A stretch of 64,000 bases of DNA from Podarcis muralis. Taxonomy: Eukaryota. A program made the position numbers and the translations under genes. Under the pieces are notes generated by a model that worked only from the letters and a program-made list of their open reading frames with translations, was not told the origin of the DNA and made no database searches. How positions within the stretch are numbered: the first letter of the stretch is position 1; the number at the start of each line of letters is the position of its first letter. Of the stretch, positions 25,685-37,562 are shown one piece after another. The stretch covers positions 38,130,001 through 38,194,000 of the forward strand of contig NC_135659.1 in the NCBI RefSeq assembly GCF_964188315.1. Direction: 5' to 3'.

Positions 25685-26105
25685 TGCATGAGTTATTGAC
25701 TTGTGGAGGATAAGGCTATGTTCCACCTCCACTGTTGGAGGCAGAATGCCTCTGTATACCAGTTTCTGGGAGTCACAAGTGGGGAGAGAGAGCCAGGGCA
25801 CTCAGATCCCTCTTGGGGGCTTCTCATGAGCATCTGGTTGGCATAGCTGTCAACCTTCCCTTTTTTTGCAGGAAATTCCCTTATTCTAGCACTGTTTCCC
25901 ATTGCTTCCCACTGCTATCCCAGATTGTTAGATATCCCGTAGACTGTCTCCGGGACAGGTAAGGCTGCTGATCCCTTATTTTCGAGGCTGCTGATCCCTT
26001 ATTTTCAAATCTGAAAGTTGACAGCTATGCTGGTTGGCCACTGTGAGAGCAAGATGCTACCTTAGATGGGCCATTGGCCAGATCCAGCATCCTGTTCATC
26101 TTATG
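25685..26105 (+). mobile_element. Old CR1-type 3' end, split by a hAT MITE
   Basis: GAGGATAAGGCTA...GGAGGCAGAATGCCTCTG...GCATCTGGTTGG|CCACTGTGAGAGCAAGATGC...AGATGGGCCATTGGCC...CTTATGT reads continuously once the insert is removed. Confidence 0.65.
25842..26029. mobile_element. hAT MITE
   Basis: 13-bp TIR CATAGCTGTCAAC / GTTGACAGCTATG; perfect 8-bp TSD CTGGTTGG (25834-41 and 26030-37). Confidence 0.92.
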
Positions 26106-26138
26106 TCATTGGAGATTGAAAACCTAGCTGGAATTACA

Positions 26139-26926
26139 AAAGAGCAGGAAAGACTTTTTATGTACACAATGACAGCCGCACTGATGTTACTAGCCCAGAG
26201 ATGGAAAGAAGACAAAGTCCCTACCAGAGCAGGGGCCGAGGAAGGGGGATGCAGTGGGTGCAGGTCTCCCCAGGTGTCACCACTGAGGGGGTGACAAAAT
26301 GCCGGGCAGCACTCAACGCGGGGCCTGCAGCACACCCAAGCCATGCATCTCCCCTGGGAGTGACACGGTGGCTTGGGCCCCCCGCAGGCTCTGCGCTGCC
26401 CCCAAACAGTCACCCCGTTGCCTCCCCCCTCAGCTGTAGGGTGGCTGAGTAGGAAGAGGCAGGCAGACTCCTCAGAGGCTGACCCCACCCCTGGGCACAG
26501 GGCATGCATGCCACCCCAGGCGCCCAATCGGCTTGCTCTGCCACTGTACCAGAGAAGAATGGCAAACTAAGCTGTTGGATTATGCCGAAATGGCAAAGCT
26601 GACCGGAAAGCTCAGAAACCAAGAAGAGCAAGCTCCAGTAAAGAATGGGGGGAAATTATAATTTACATGAGAGACCACTGTAACCAGATGAAAACATTAG
26701 CAAGATTGCAATAGCACTTGTAACGTAGACAATACTCTGGATCAAATGGAGAGACATAAATTTTGGATGATGAAATAATACACAGTTGAAAAGGTTTATT
26801 ATAATAGGACCCATGGAAGGGAAGGTGGGAAGTCTCTAGAGATTCAGAGAAATCTCTAAATATGGATATGTATTTTGCATTGTTCTAACTCTACACTTGT
26901 AAAATAAAAATTATTTCGAAAGAAAA
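26139..26926 (+). mobile_element. 5'-truncated L1/Tx1-clade LINE (ORF2 C-terminus plus 3' UTR)
   Basis: KEQERLFMYTMTAALMLLAQRWKEDKVPTR|EEWQTKLLDYAEMAKLTGKLRNQ is homologous to the C-terminus of the 30668 element; A-rich tail; 21-bp flanking direct repeat GAAAACCTAGCTGGAATTACA (26118-38 and 26927-47). Confidence 0.9.
26230..26546. mobile_element. GC-rich non-autonomous hAT element inserted in the L1
   Basis: Perfect 8-bp TSD TACCAGAG (26222-29 and 26547-54); termini CAGGGGC / GCCACTG; removing it restores the L1 reading frame. Confidence 0.9.
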
Positions 26927-27984
26927 GAAAACCTAGCTGGAATTACATCAGTCAAGGTCTGGCTTTGTAAGTTGAAATTCATAGGTGCACCACCAAGTGT
27001 AAAGTTATGGTCAGGAACAACAAAGGAGCAGAAAAGGAAACACATATTTGTTTATTTATTTCCCTGTATTTTGGTTTCAACGTTTTTTTTAACCCAGTGT
27101 GGAAATAGGCTTCTTTATTTTAAACTTTATTTTAAACCTACACTCTCTGCTGCATTGTTTAACTTAATAGTGGTGTTGTTCATTAAATAAAAGAAGGGAA
27201 GCAACCCATTAAACTCCTTCCCAAAATAATTACCCATTTAGTGCATCTGCCTTATCTGTAATGATGGTCATTTACTGGCATTTCTTCCTGTCAATACTTG
27301 TAAATGAAACAAGATTCAGGTTTCCATTTTACGATGCCATCAGGATTTTGCAGCTCTTCCCTGATTGCATATTATATTCCTTTTGTAATATTTGTAATAG
27401 GGCTCTGGAGTAGTAACTGGCCTATTTTGTTACATGCTGCCCGGGATTTATGTGCCTCTCTGCTTCAGAACTGGTTTTGGTTCTGGAAAGATGTGGATTA
27501 TTCTTTCCGCCCAGAAATATCACCATTATTAGCTCTTCGAACTGCATTAAATGTCTGCAATTTGCTTTATACAGTGCATTCCTTTTCTAGTAAAAGAAAT
27601 GAGTTTCGCTACTAGCTTCAGTTGAAGGTGGATGGTCCCTTAAATATTTTTAATGCATCAGATTTAAAAAAAAAAGTGGTGGAAGACTGTTTAGCATATA
27701 TACCTGTATCTGGGGCAGGGGAGAGTGTATGGTAGTTGTAACTTTCATTTCTAGCTATAAGACGGAGTATATAGAATCAAAAGTGTCCTTTACATTGGGT
27801 GGGGTACATTGCCTGCCATGCATCAGACCACATATTCATTGGAAACACTTAAATCTCTGTCCAAGTCACTGTTTTTACATACTTGACTTAAAATAAAATT
27901 TTGCAGGTGCTATATGCAACCCTCCTTGTTCTTCGTTCCTGCTCATTGGAGGCGGAGAAACCCAGAGCATAATAACTTGGTGGG

Positions 27985-28052
27985 TTTCTCTAGCCACCCA
28001 GACAGGCTGGGGAAACCCAGCCAGATGGGTGGGGTATCATCATCATCATCAT
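27985..28052 (+). mobile_element. Very short L2 3' end with (ATC)n tail
   Basis: GGCTGGGGAAACCCAGCCAGATGGGTGGGGTAT terminus as in the other L2 copies. Confidence 0.7.
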
Positions 28053-28160
28053 GAGTTTCAGATCACTGGACCTCTAGGGAAAGGACACAGCATGAGATGC
28101 AAAGCTGACATGTTCAGCAACAGTTCTGTAACTCTAGCAACATCTAATTTTAGCTTGAGT

Positions 28161-28194
<34 letters not shown>

Positions 28195-28476
28195 CACTGA
28201 TAATAATACGAGGCCTATATATAACATCTGCATTCCTATGACACAAATCCCTTTGGGGTTTCATGGGGTTTTTGAAGTTACTGCCACGTGCTTATGAAAT
28301 TATCGTTATTATGAAGTTTAAAGTAAAGAACCACAGCAAATGCTCTTAAAATGTTATATCCCTTTCTTATAATTAATTCTTGATTTTATGCATGTGCAAC
28401 ACTTTTGCCCCCTAATGAAAGTCCTGATTCACCTTTTTGAACACACTCTGAATCCAAAATTCCAAAGAGCAACATA

Positions 28477-28830
28477 AAGGTAAAGGTACCCCTGCCCGTA
28501 CGGGCCAGTCTTGACAGACTCTAGGGTTGTGCGCACATCTTACTCTATAGGCCGGGAGCCAGCGCTGTCCGCAGACACTTCCGGGTCACGTGGCCAGCGT
28601 GACAAGCTGCATCTGTCAAGCCAGCGCAGCACACGGAACGCTGTTTACCTTCCCGCTAGTAAGCGGTCCCTATTTATCTACTTGCACCCGGGGGTGCTTT
28701 CGAACTGCTAGGTTGGCAGGCGCTGGGACCGAACGACGGGAGAGCACCCCGCCGTGGGGATTCGAACCACCGACCATGCGATCAGCAAGTCCTAGGCGCT
28801 GAGGTTTTACCCACAGCGCCACCCGCGTCC
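28477..28830 (+). mobile_element. Young full-length Sauria SINE
   Basis: AAGGTAAAGGTACCCCTGCCCGTACGGGCCAGTC start and CAGCGCCACCCGCGTCC end; CpGs intact; perfect 15-bp TSD CCAAAGAGCAACATA (28462-76 and 28831-45). Confidence 0.95.
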
Positions 28831-30132
28831 CCAAAGAGCAACATACGTATAACTTAAACGAATGAGCCTTAATTCACAACAAAATATGCAAACTAAACCC
28901 ATCTGTATTTATGCAGGGTTCTAAAATGAATGGAGAGCCTTCCCAGACTGTGAAGAGTCCCGGCTCCCGCCTTCTGAGAAGCAGAGGTGATAGAGGAGGC
29001 GGAGCAGCTGCGCTCATCCTGCTTGCTATTTAGTAATGCTTGAAGAGGGCTTTTGTCTCCTGTCACTGAAATCTAAAATGGTATCTGCATATAGAGTGCA
29101 TATTTTTGAATTATTTGGCTGAATCCATTCCTATATGTTCCTGACTGAGTTTTAAATGCAGAACATGCCTGATTCACGGAGGAATTGTTTCCATTCTCTT
29201 CCTCTTCCTTTTCATTTTCTATTTTACTCATATGAGATGGTTGTTTCTTTGAAAAGCAAATGCTGCTTGCTCCTGAATGTAAGCTTCTGTCAGAGCTGTG
29301 CCCATGGCTACACGCACCAGGAGCCAGCGGAAACCCTCCTATTGGAGCTGCAGCAGGAAAACCCACCCAGCCAGGACCCAGCCCAACTCCACCCTTACAG
29401 CACCAGAGGCGCAACTGGGGCTCACTGTGGAGAGGCCTCAAGCCCAGATATCCTTTGTAGCACAAACTCTCTCTCTTGCAGGGCCCAAGTGTGTTGAAGC
29501 TGGGGGTGGCAGGGCCTAAGCATGGTGAGATTGGAATAAACACAGCACAACAACATCATACCCTCCAACACCAGAGTGAGGCAAATCAGGACACATCCTT
29601 GATGGAGGCTGTACCCTCTCTCATTCATGCCCCACCCTGTCTCTTGGGTCCCTCCCTTCCTCGCACATTCGCCCTCAGTCTCCACCACCGATGTGTCCTC
29701 CGCCACTGCTGCTGCCACCACTGCACTTCCAGAAGCTTCCAGAAATGTGCCGCTGGCTTCTGGAAGTACCTCAGCTGGAATGTGACAGCAGAAGGAGGAA
29801 GGAGAGTAGGCAATACGCAGGAGCAAAGTAAGCTGGTGTGTATTTTGGTTCTGTCTTTTGGTTCTATGCTCTCCATGCAGAAGCCAAAATGGGACATTTG
29901 GGATTGAGGTCAGAAGCCATGGCAGCCTCTGTAATTCTTGGGTGTCTTGCTTAAAACAGGACAGTTGCACAGTGTGCCATATGTGATTTTAACAGGCCAC
30001 AGTTTTATTGATTACAGATATCAACAGGGTTTGGCACAGGCATTAGGTGTGTATCTTGAATCAACCAGCCCACCTGCTGGTTGATTATTATGGCAGGATT
30101 AACCAAGGTTACAGTACACCCTGCAATGCACA

Positions 30133-30435
30133 ACACTAACTCCAAGTGCCCACATTTCCTTGGGAAAGAGGTCTGGCTCTGGCTGAGCCCCAGGCAAATG
30201 AGCTTGAAAATGATCCTCCTGAAACTGAAACAGAGCATCCACTATGTTGTTGTCGAGCCGGCAAGCAGTGGAGGACATATGCCCATAACAAGTGGAGAGC
30301 CCAGTTGGTCCGGGAAGACTCCTTTGCCAGAACCCTCACGCCTGCCTGGTTGTCAGACCAAAAGCACACCCTAGAGTTGCAGAATAATTCCGCCAAAATG
30401 TGTACTGCTACCAGGATGGGAATTCCAAGTAGGTG
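30133..30435 (-). mobile_element. DIRS/Ngaro-type (tyrosine-recombinase retrotransposon) RNase H relic
   Basis: PILVAVHILAELFCNSRVCFWSDNQAGVRVLAKESSRTNWALHLLWAYVLHCL and, after a frameshift, NNIVDALFQFQEDHFQAHLPGAQPEPDLFPKEMWALG match my recollection of the DIRS-group RNase H C-terminus. Confidence 0.75.
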
Positions 30436-30451
30436 TGAATAGGCCAACATT

Positions 30452-30640
30452 CCGTATTTACTCGAATCTAATGTGCCATCGACCCTAATGCGCACCTCAG
30501 TTTTCAGAACCTTGAAACAAACAAACAAACAAAAAGCATTTGTTGGCAAATGTAAATGTGTAATTGAATCTAATGTGCACCTTAATTTTTGCAACATAAT
30601 TCGGCCAAAAAAGGTGAGGATTGGATTTGAGTAAATACTG
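30452..30640. mobile_element. Tc1/mariner-superfamily (Tc2-like) MITE
   Basis: TIRs CCGTATTTACTCGAATCTAAT / ATTGGATTTGAGTAAATACTG; TA on the right side, TT on the left. Confidence 0.75.
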
Positions 30641-30667
30641 TAGTCCCCGTTTAAAATGTGTTCCCTG

Positions 30668-32387
30668 GCCTGGCAATTAAAGAAGAGACAAAAGCAAAGT
30701 ACTATCACAAACATTGTAACTGAAGGAAAATCTGTAGAGAACCCTGCAGACATAAGAAAATGTTTTTACAAGTATTATAAACAACTGTATAAAAAGGATA
30801 AAGAGGATTTGGTAAAAACTGAGCAATTTATCAAGGTTAATGGTTTGCAGCAGATCCCGGAAGATAAAAAGATCCTACTAAAAGGTTTAATAACAAGACA
30901 GGAAGTGGAACAGGTGATAAATTCAATGCAACTTGGCAAGGCACCAGGACCTGATGGTCTATCAGCAAAATATTATAAGACTCTGAAAGACTGGCTTATT
31001 CAACCCCTGGTAGAAGTATCTAATAAGATTCTGCGAGGGTGCAAAGCACCTGAAACCTGGAAAGAAGCTTATATTGCTCTGATTCCCAAACAGGGCCAAG
31101 ATAGATCCAATGTTAAAAATTACAGACCAATTTTCTTACTCAATGTGGATTACAAAATTTTTGCAAATATATTGGCTAACAGGCTAAAGAAGGTTTTATC
31201 TGAGTATATCCACAAGGACCAGGCAGGATTTCTGCCTGGAAGACATATGAAAAATAATATTAGAAATATAGTGGATACCTTGGAAAAGTTGGAAGCAAGA
31301 AAGAGTTGTAAAGCTATGTTAATGTTTATTGATGTGGAGAAGGCATTTGACAATGTATCTTGGAGTTTTATGTTACATAATTTCGAGAGTTATGAAAAAA
31401 GTTAAGCATTTGGGGGTGAACCTGTCTGGGGAAAATTTGAACTTGTATAGGGATAATTATGAGAAACTATGGAATGAAATTAAGAGAGATTTGGAGATAT
31501 GGTCAAGTTTAAAATTGTGATGAATGGGCCAGATTTTAGTGGTTAAGATTAATGTGCTGCCGAAGATGCCTTTTATGTTCCAAGTCCTCCCAATCATAGA
31601 TAATGCAAAATGTTTTAAAGATTGGCAGAAAGCTCTATCTAGATTTATCTGGCAGCGGGGGGGGGGGGGGACGGACGACCCAGAATTATAGATTTGGAGG
31701 GGTTTGACAATGTTTTTTGGTTGGCATGCATATTTATGGTATGACAAGGTAAAGGCCCCAAGCTGAAAGACTTCTGGGAAAAGATTTATAATGAACTGAA
31801 AAAAATGTTGAAATATACATTTATAAACAAATCAGGTTTGGAATTGCCCAAGAAAGATGTTAAATTATTTTTGTATGCCACAACTGTTGCTCGAATTTTA
31901 TTAGCGAAAAAGTGGAAAATGCAAGAATTACCTGCGGTGGAAGAATGGCAGATGAAGATGATGGAGTTTTCAGAGCTAGCCAACCTAACCAGAAGAGTCC
32001 GCGACCAGAAGGAGGTGGAGTATCAGGAAGAATGGATAAAATTTAATTTAATTAAATTTAGTTAAATATGTAAAATTAAATTAATTGGAAATAGCTAGCA
32101 GATATTTAATTCACTTAGGATTTCATATAAGTTAAGTGATGAATCAATATGTTTAAATTAAAAATTAAAGGATATAAGGATGTTAATGTTTAAGTTAAAT
32201 TTCATAAGAACTTTGATTTGGAAAACCGTTAAAAGTAAGTGCATGAAAATTCAACCAAGGGGAAGCCAGGAAATCACTTAACAATGTTAATAAGTGTAAT
32301 TTTAATAAGGTTATGATCCATGTTTGTTTGTTTGTTTGTTTGTTTTGTTTATAATTTTGAGAAAATTAATTAAAAATTAATTTTTAA
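30668..32387 (+). mobile_element. L1/Tx1-clade LINE, 5'-truncated and internally deleted
   Basis: ORF 30656-31405 has KAPGPDG, NYRPIFLLNVDYKIFANILANRL, QAGFLPGR and FIDVEKAFDNV; later fragments KHLGVNL and KINVLPK; AT-rich 3' UTR; perfect 15-bp TSD AAAATGTGTTCCCTG (30653-67 and 32388-32402). Confidence 0.95.
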
Positions 32388-33411
32388 AAAATGTGTTCCC
32401 TGATTATCCTGCTAAGCGGATACCAGGGGAGGGATGGTGGTTGTCCGAATCTATATAGCTGGACTCCTGGGGGTCCTTGTCTGATAAAACATTATTGCCC
32501 CCTCCCCAACCGCCTCTGTGCCCTGATTTTTACATGTGTATATATGTGTTTATTGAAGTGCTTATGCCAGTTTAAATTAAAGTCCTGTAAGCCAAAGAAG
32601 CTGAAACAGATTTCAGAATGCCAAGGACTAGAAGTGGTCACAGAATGAGCCCATTAGCAATCGTATGCTTACCTTGTTCACATGTAACCCTATAGCACAT
32701 CATTCCAAAGACATTGACCAAAAATAACACAATTTTAAAGCAATTTCCTTCCAACGAGACTGTTTAGTATCTAATTATAATAATTAAATGTCATTTAATT
32801 AAAGCACTTCTCCTAAGTGGGTCTTTGCAGCATCACATTAGCTGGCTCATTTGGATTATCACATATTGTTTCCATCTATGATATCATGCATAGTTGGAAT
32901 AAACTTCTGAATTTTAATGAGCTTTCTACCAGTGGCTGTTATACTTGCCACATGCCAAGTGGCTGAGCACACATCGCTTAAGCCATGACTTCACTGCTGT
33001 GTTTTCCCTAACAGAGTTTGTAACTTGTCATTTAATATATCTATTCCATACTGTCTTGTTATCGTTGACTATATCACAGAGGGAACTGTTTTCGTGGAAG
33101 AGCTGGAGGCCTTTTGCATGTTTAAAACATAAGTTGTTTTTTTTATAAAAAAAAATACATTTACACATTTTATCTCCCTTAACTGTCATTGCTAGATTTT
33201 TCCTGTAAGCGCCTTAAGGTACCTCGAAATGGCTCAGAACTGACCAAGTACAAAGCTGAATTTGGGCCGGTTCCCAGATGGATCAAACATGCAGTGGCTT
33301 TCTGGCTACATCATTTAGCCTTGGAAGTGGGAAACATTTGCCTTAGATTTTGTTTATATGGTTTTACAGGTGTTTACCTTTGCAAACATTATCTTACGCA
33401 TTATGAGAAAT

Positions 33412-33454
<43 letters not shown>

Positions 33455-33646
33455 TTTGCATTTCTACCCACCTGTTTCCCCAAGATGCTCAAGGTAGCAT
33501 ACATAGTTCTCATCCCCACACCTGTGAAATAGGTTAGGATGAGAGATAGTGACCGGCCCAAGGTCACCTAGTAGCTTCATGGCCGGGTGGGGATTTGAAC
33601 CCCCATGTCCAAGCCTGACACTCTAACCACTACACCACACTGGCTC
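33412..33646 (-). mobile_element. tRNA-headed SINE (Squam1-like) with (TTTA)n tail
   Basis: Reverse strand shows AGCCAGTGTGGTGTAGTGGTTAGAGTG...GGGTTCAAATCCCCAC A/B-box head; tetranucleotide tail at 33412-33456. Confidence 0.8.
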
Positions 33647-34362
33647 ACAATGGCTGTGTTTCTTTCAAAATGCAGCAATCCTGTACTTACTCATCTGCCA
33701 GTACTGTTTAAGTCAGTTTCGGCACATGTAACCAATTGGAAATAAATATCACACTGGCCCTTCTTGTTTTCCTTTGATTTTGCTCTCATGGCAAAAATGG
33801 AGCCTGCGCTTAGATTAAAAGCTTCCTGTCCATGTTGTTGTTTCAGCATCAGGAGTGAGCTGTGGACACTGAGAAGTAATAATTTCACTTCCTCTGCACA
33901 TATGTAAAATGCTTTTTCTTTCTTACTGAATGGACACACAGACACACAATCTTCGTTGGAAGGAAAGCTTCTGGGTAAGGAGTCTCGGATGTGATTTGAA
34001 AGATGACGTGAGCTTTGTCACCTTTCAGTTCAGACCTGCTAGGTGGTTAAACTTCCTGTTACAAACCAGTTGCTCTGAAAAGGAGAAGCATTGATGATAC
34101 CTCACATGGTCATCATGGGCTTTGGGGCAAAGTTGTGCTCTGTCAGGTGGGAAATCTTAGAAACACGGAGCACTGGAAGGTCTAGTAAAGCAGATGCAAA
34201 CACAGCTGTTGTGAAAGTTAATATTTGGAAGAGGGGCCCATTCTGCCTCCCAGGCGCATTGCTGTTGTTGCTGCGAAGATGGCAGGCTGCAGTTATCTGG
34301 CTGTCAGTTGTGTGTCTATCCCCTCTGTAAAATGAGCAGTGTCACAATGCCATTCTATGCAT

Positions 34363-35088
34363 GTCTACCCTGCACAGAGTTGCAATTGTGTGCCCAGCCT
34401 GACGCACCTAAATGCTGAGTGGACACAACAGCTGTCTGGGATTTAAATGGCCATGACTTTATTGATTTCAGATGTAGGAAATTTTGCCATAGGCATTGCG
34501 CGTGTATCTCTCTCAGCCCCGCCCCCTGCTGAGGAACTGAGGAATGACAGGGTCTATTTGGGGATGGAACCATCACAAAACACAGGTTTACGCAGATGGC
34601 CCCCAAATGCTGAGGGAAGCTCTATGGCCCACTAGCCTTACGCACTTGGCTCTTTGGACAGAGACTTCCCTCCGGACTGCTCTAACGTGGTGCCCTGTTA
34701 ATGCCGCTGCAGGGAACGGGGTGGGTGAGTCACCACTTCACCACACCCCAATTGGATGAAAGACTATAGGATTCCGCCCAAGACCTAAACCACCAAAGTT
34801 GTGACCACAGCAAAGCCCGGCTAGCTGAAAAGAAATGGTTAGATCAGTAATCAACTATTAATAAAGGGAGGGGAAGGATGGGTGACGCTCCCATCCAATG
34901 GGATGTTGCGCTGAGTGGTCAGTCAGGCTAGGTAGATGGTCAGGCCCCTCCCCAGGGCTGCCACAGATTGGTTTATTTGAAGGACAGGTTAGGCAGGAAC
35001 CCATGAGCCTCCTTGGTGGCTGGAGGGGACGCCAACCTAAAATGGTGCTACGCATTCGGGAGGGAGAGGAGGCACCACGTTGAGCCTC
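34363..35088 (-). mobile_element. Possible solo LTR
   Basis: GC-elevated non-coding block; the minus strand starts TGTTG and could end in CA; minus-strand AATAAA about 90-100 bp from that end; GC-box and CCAAT motifs; no TSD found. Confidence 0.3.
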
Positions 35089-35449
35089 AACAGCTGCTCA
35101 CCGGCAAGATGGTAAGCGGCCATTTCCAGCACCCTTAAGAAAGTCTGATGCCCAGAATTCTTTGAGGGAGGGGAAGTGCTTTGAATGAGCATGACATCAT
35201 GGAAACCAAAGATCGCATCTGAATCTCTGCTACAATAGTGGAGAGCCTTGGGAAACTAAAGAGATGTCAGTGCCTTATCACTGAATGGAAGTAGGGGGTA
35301 GCAGAGAAGGAGAGGGGGGAAATCAGAATTTACTTACATTTGAAAAGTCACACATATGATAACATATTAATGTGGTTTGGTCTGGTGTTATTTTCTATTT
35401 ACCCCTCAACAAGCTATAATTCTCAGCACCCTTAACAAACTACAAATTC

Positions 35450-35452
<3 letters not shown>

Positions 35453-35492
<40 letters not shown>
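35453..35492. repeat. (TTA)n microsatellite
   Basis: Directly visible. Confidence 0.95.
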
Positions 35493-35493
<1 letters not shown>

Positions 35494-35631
35494 GGGGGTG
35501 CTTTAACTGTATGGCATGCATGCAGCAACAGAAAGGGTAATGGAAGCCTGAAGAAGGCAGAGGCTGCCTACTGAGGCAGGACAAAGAACTAGGGTGAAGA
35601 GACAGTCTGGTTTATCTACCTACTCTCTATG

Positions 35632-35777
35632 ATCATAGAATCACAGAATCATAGAGTTGGAAGGGACCATGAGGATTGTCTAGTCCAATCCCCTGCAATG
35701 CAGGAAGCTTTTTGCCCAACATGGGGCTTGAACCCATGACCCTGAAACTAAGACTTTCGTGCTCAACCAACTGAGCT
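35632..35777 (-). mobile_element. tRNA-headed SINE with CR1-derived tail (Squam3-like)
   Basis: Reverse strand: AGCTCAGTTGGTTGAGCAC...GGGTTCAAGCCCC head, then GGACTAG...CCCTTCCAACTCTATGATTCTGTGATTCTATGAT. Confidence 0.85.
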
Positions 35778-36989
35778 GATCAGGGCATCTCTGGTCTAAT
35801 GGGGAGATGGAGTGCATACTATGTTCTTGAAGGATAGAGAGAGCAGCTGACCTAAGCTCTGTGCGGTTTGAAACCCCAGAATTATGACCACCGCTACCCC
35901 AGCACCTCAGTTAAATTTTGCTTGAATATATATTCTTAGTCAAATGCATTATTCCAGTATTCACACAATAGCCTTTCAGCATTTTTATATTGTCTGGATT
36001 GATATTAGCACCTAAAATATTCACATTTTATCCAAATAATTCCCAAATCAAGTAGCTGAATCTTAGCTTGCCTGCACTAGGTCTAGTTCAGCTGTAATTT
36101 TCCACTATACTTTGCATATATTTAGTTGGGGGGTGAGGTGGGGAAACATTAGCATTTCTCTGCACTTGTGCATATCTTATCTAAACTATTTTGATTTGGG
36201 GAGGGAATGGAAATCTACAAAATAAATCTATTGTGTATTGGACTGGAGGAAAGACCTATGAGCCCATCAAGTTAACCAGACCATTAGCCTTTCTAGCCCA
36301 CTGCCGTTGCTCACGCTGAGTGGGTATTAGGAAGAGTCGCTCTCATCCCTGACTGAAATTCATTTAGCCAGTGATGTGGGGCAGCCTTTGCATGTCAGTC
36401 ATGCACATGATGACTCAGCTACAATCACTGGAGCCTAGTTTGTTAGGGCAAATAGGACACTGCCCCACCAAACTCAGTCTGCCCTAAGCCACCACCCATA
36501 TACCTTTTTGTTTTAAAACCAGTCCAGGGGGTGGTACTGTCGGTCAGCTTTTTGCTCCTTAGTGTTGCCCTAGTAAAAATCAACAAGGAGGAGGACAGGG
36601 ACAAACCTAGAATTAGTTGGCTCTGCCTGTCATTGGCTCCACTTCTACAGACAGCTTGGGCTCCCTGCTTTCTGCCCTACCAGTCGCAATGGGAAGAAGC
36701 CACCCGTGGGTAGAATCCCACCTAATACATTTGCCAAAGCACTACTGTTGTACACCTGTAAATTGTAAAAATAAAAAAGAAAGAATGAAAGAATGAGTGA
36801 GCAACTTCCAGCAATGGCATTCTACTTTGATTTAGGATCTAGTGTTCTGACTACACTGCCAATTAATGTTGCCCACTTCACCACACAATTCCCAACACCA
36901 TCCTTGAGCAATTGCTGTGATTTAGAAGTCTGTTAATCCCTTTTCTCAGTGCGCCTATGGCTCTATGCTCTTATCACATTTATTTACTT

Positions 36990-37420
36990 ATTGCATTTAC
37001 ACCCCCATCTCAATGGAGCTCAAGGTAGTGTGTGTGGCTTTCCCCCTCCCCATTTAATCCCCACAGCAACCCTGTGAGGAAGGTTAGGCTGATAGACAGT
37101 ACAGTGGTACCTCTGGATGCGAACGGGATCCGTTCCAGAGCCCCGTTCGCATCATGAGCAGAATGCACCCCGCGTTTGTGCGTCTGTGCGTGCGCGGGTC
37201 ACAATTCGCCACATCTGCACATGTGCGTGACATCATTCTGAGCGTCTGTGCATGCACAAGCAGCGAAACCTGGAAGTAACCCATTCTGTTACTTCCAGGT
37301 CACCGTGGGACGCAACCTGAAAAGATTTAACCCGAGGTATGACTGTAACTGGTCCAAGGTCACACAGTGAGATTCCTGGCTACGTGAGGATTTGAACTCT
37401 GGTATCCTTAGTCAGACCCT
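36990..37420 (-). mobile_element. Squam1-like SINE interrupted by a Tigger-like MITE
   Basis: ATCCCCACAGCAACCCTGTGAGG...AGGTTAGGCTGATAGACAG|ACTGGTCCAAGGTCACACAG...GGATTTGAACTC is collinear with the 33412 copy. Confidence 0.75.
37102..37345. mobile_element. Tc1/mariner (Tigger-like) MITE
   Basis: Termini CAGTGGTACCTC / GAGGTATGACTG with TA duplicated on both sides (37100-01 and 37346-47). Confidence 0.85.
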
Positions 37421-37426
37421 CTAAGC

Positions 37427-37562
37427 CAGGCATCCCCAACCTGTGGCCCTCCAGATGTTTTCGTCTACAACTCCCATGATCCCTAGCTAACAGGACCAGT
37501 GGTCAGGGTTGATGGGAATTGTAGTCCAAAACATCTGGAGGGTCGAAAGTTGGGGATGCCTG
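37427..37562. mobile_element. hAT MITE
   Basis: 14-bp TIR CAGGCATCCCCAAC / GTTGGGGATGCCTG; TSD CTCTAAGC / GTCTAAGC (7 of 8). Confidence 0.9.

Noticed and set aside
27304-27615. 103-aa hydrophobic ORF with some retained CpGs
   Set aside because: No recognisable family and no consistent splice boundaries on either strand.
29422-29970. 182-aa minus-strand and 143-aa plus-strand overlapping ORFs
   Set aside because: Low-complexity GC-rich stretch with degraded repeat-like ends; no motif or splice support.
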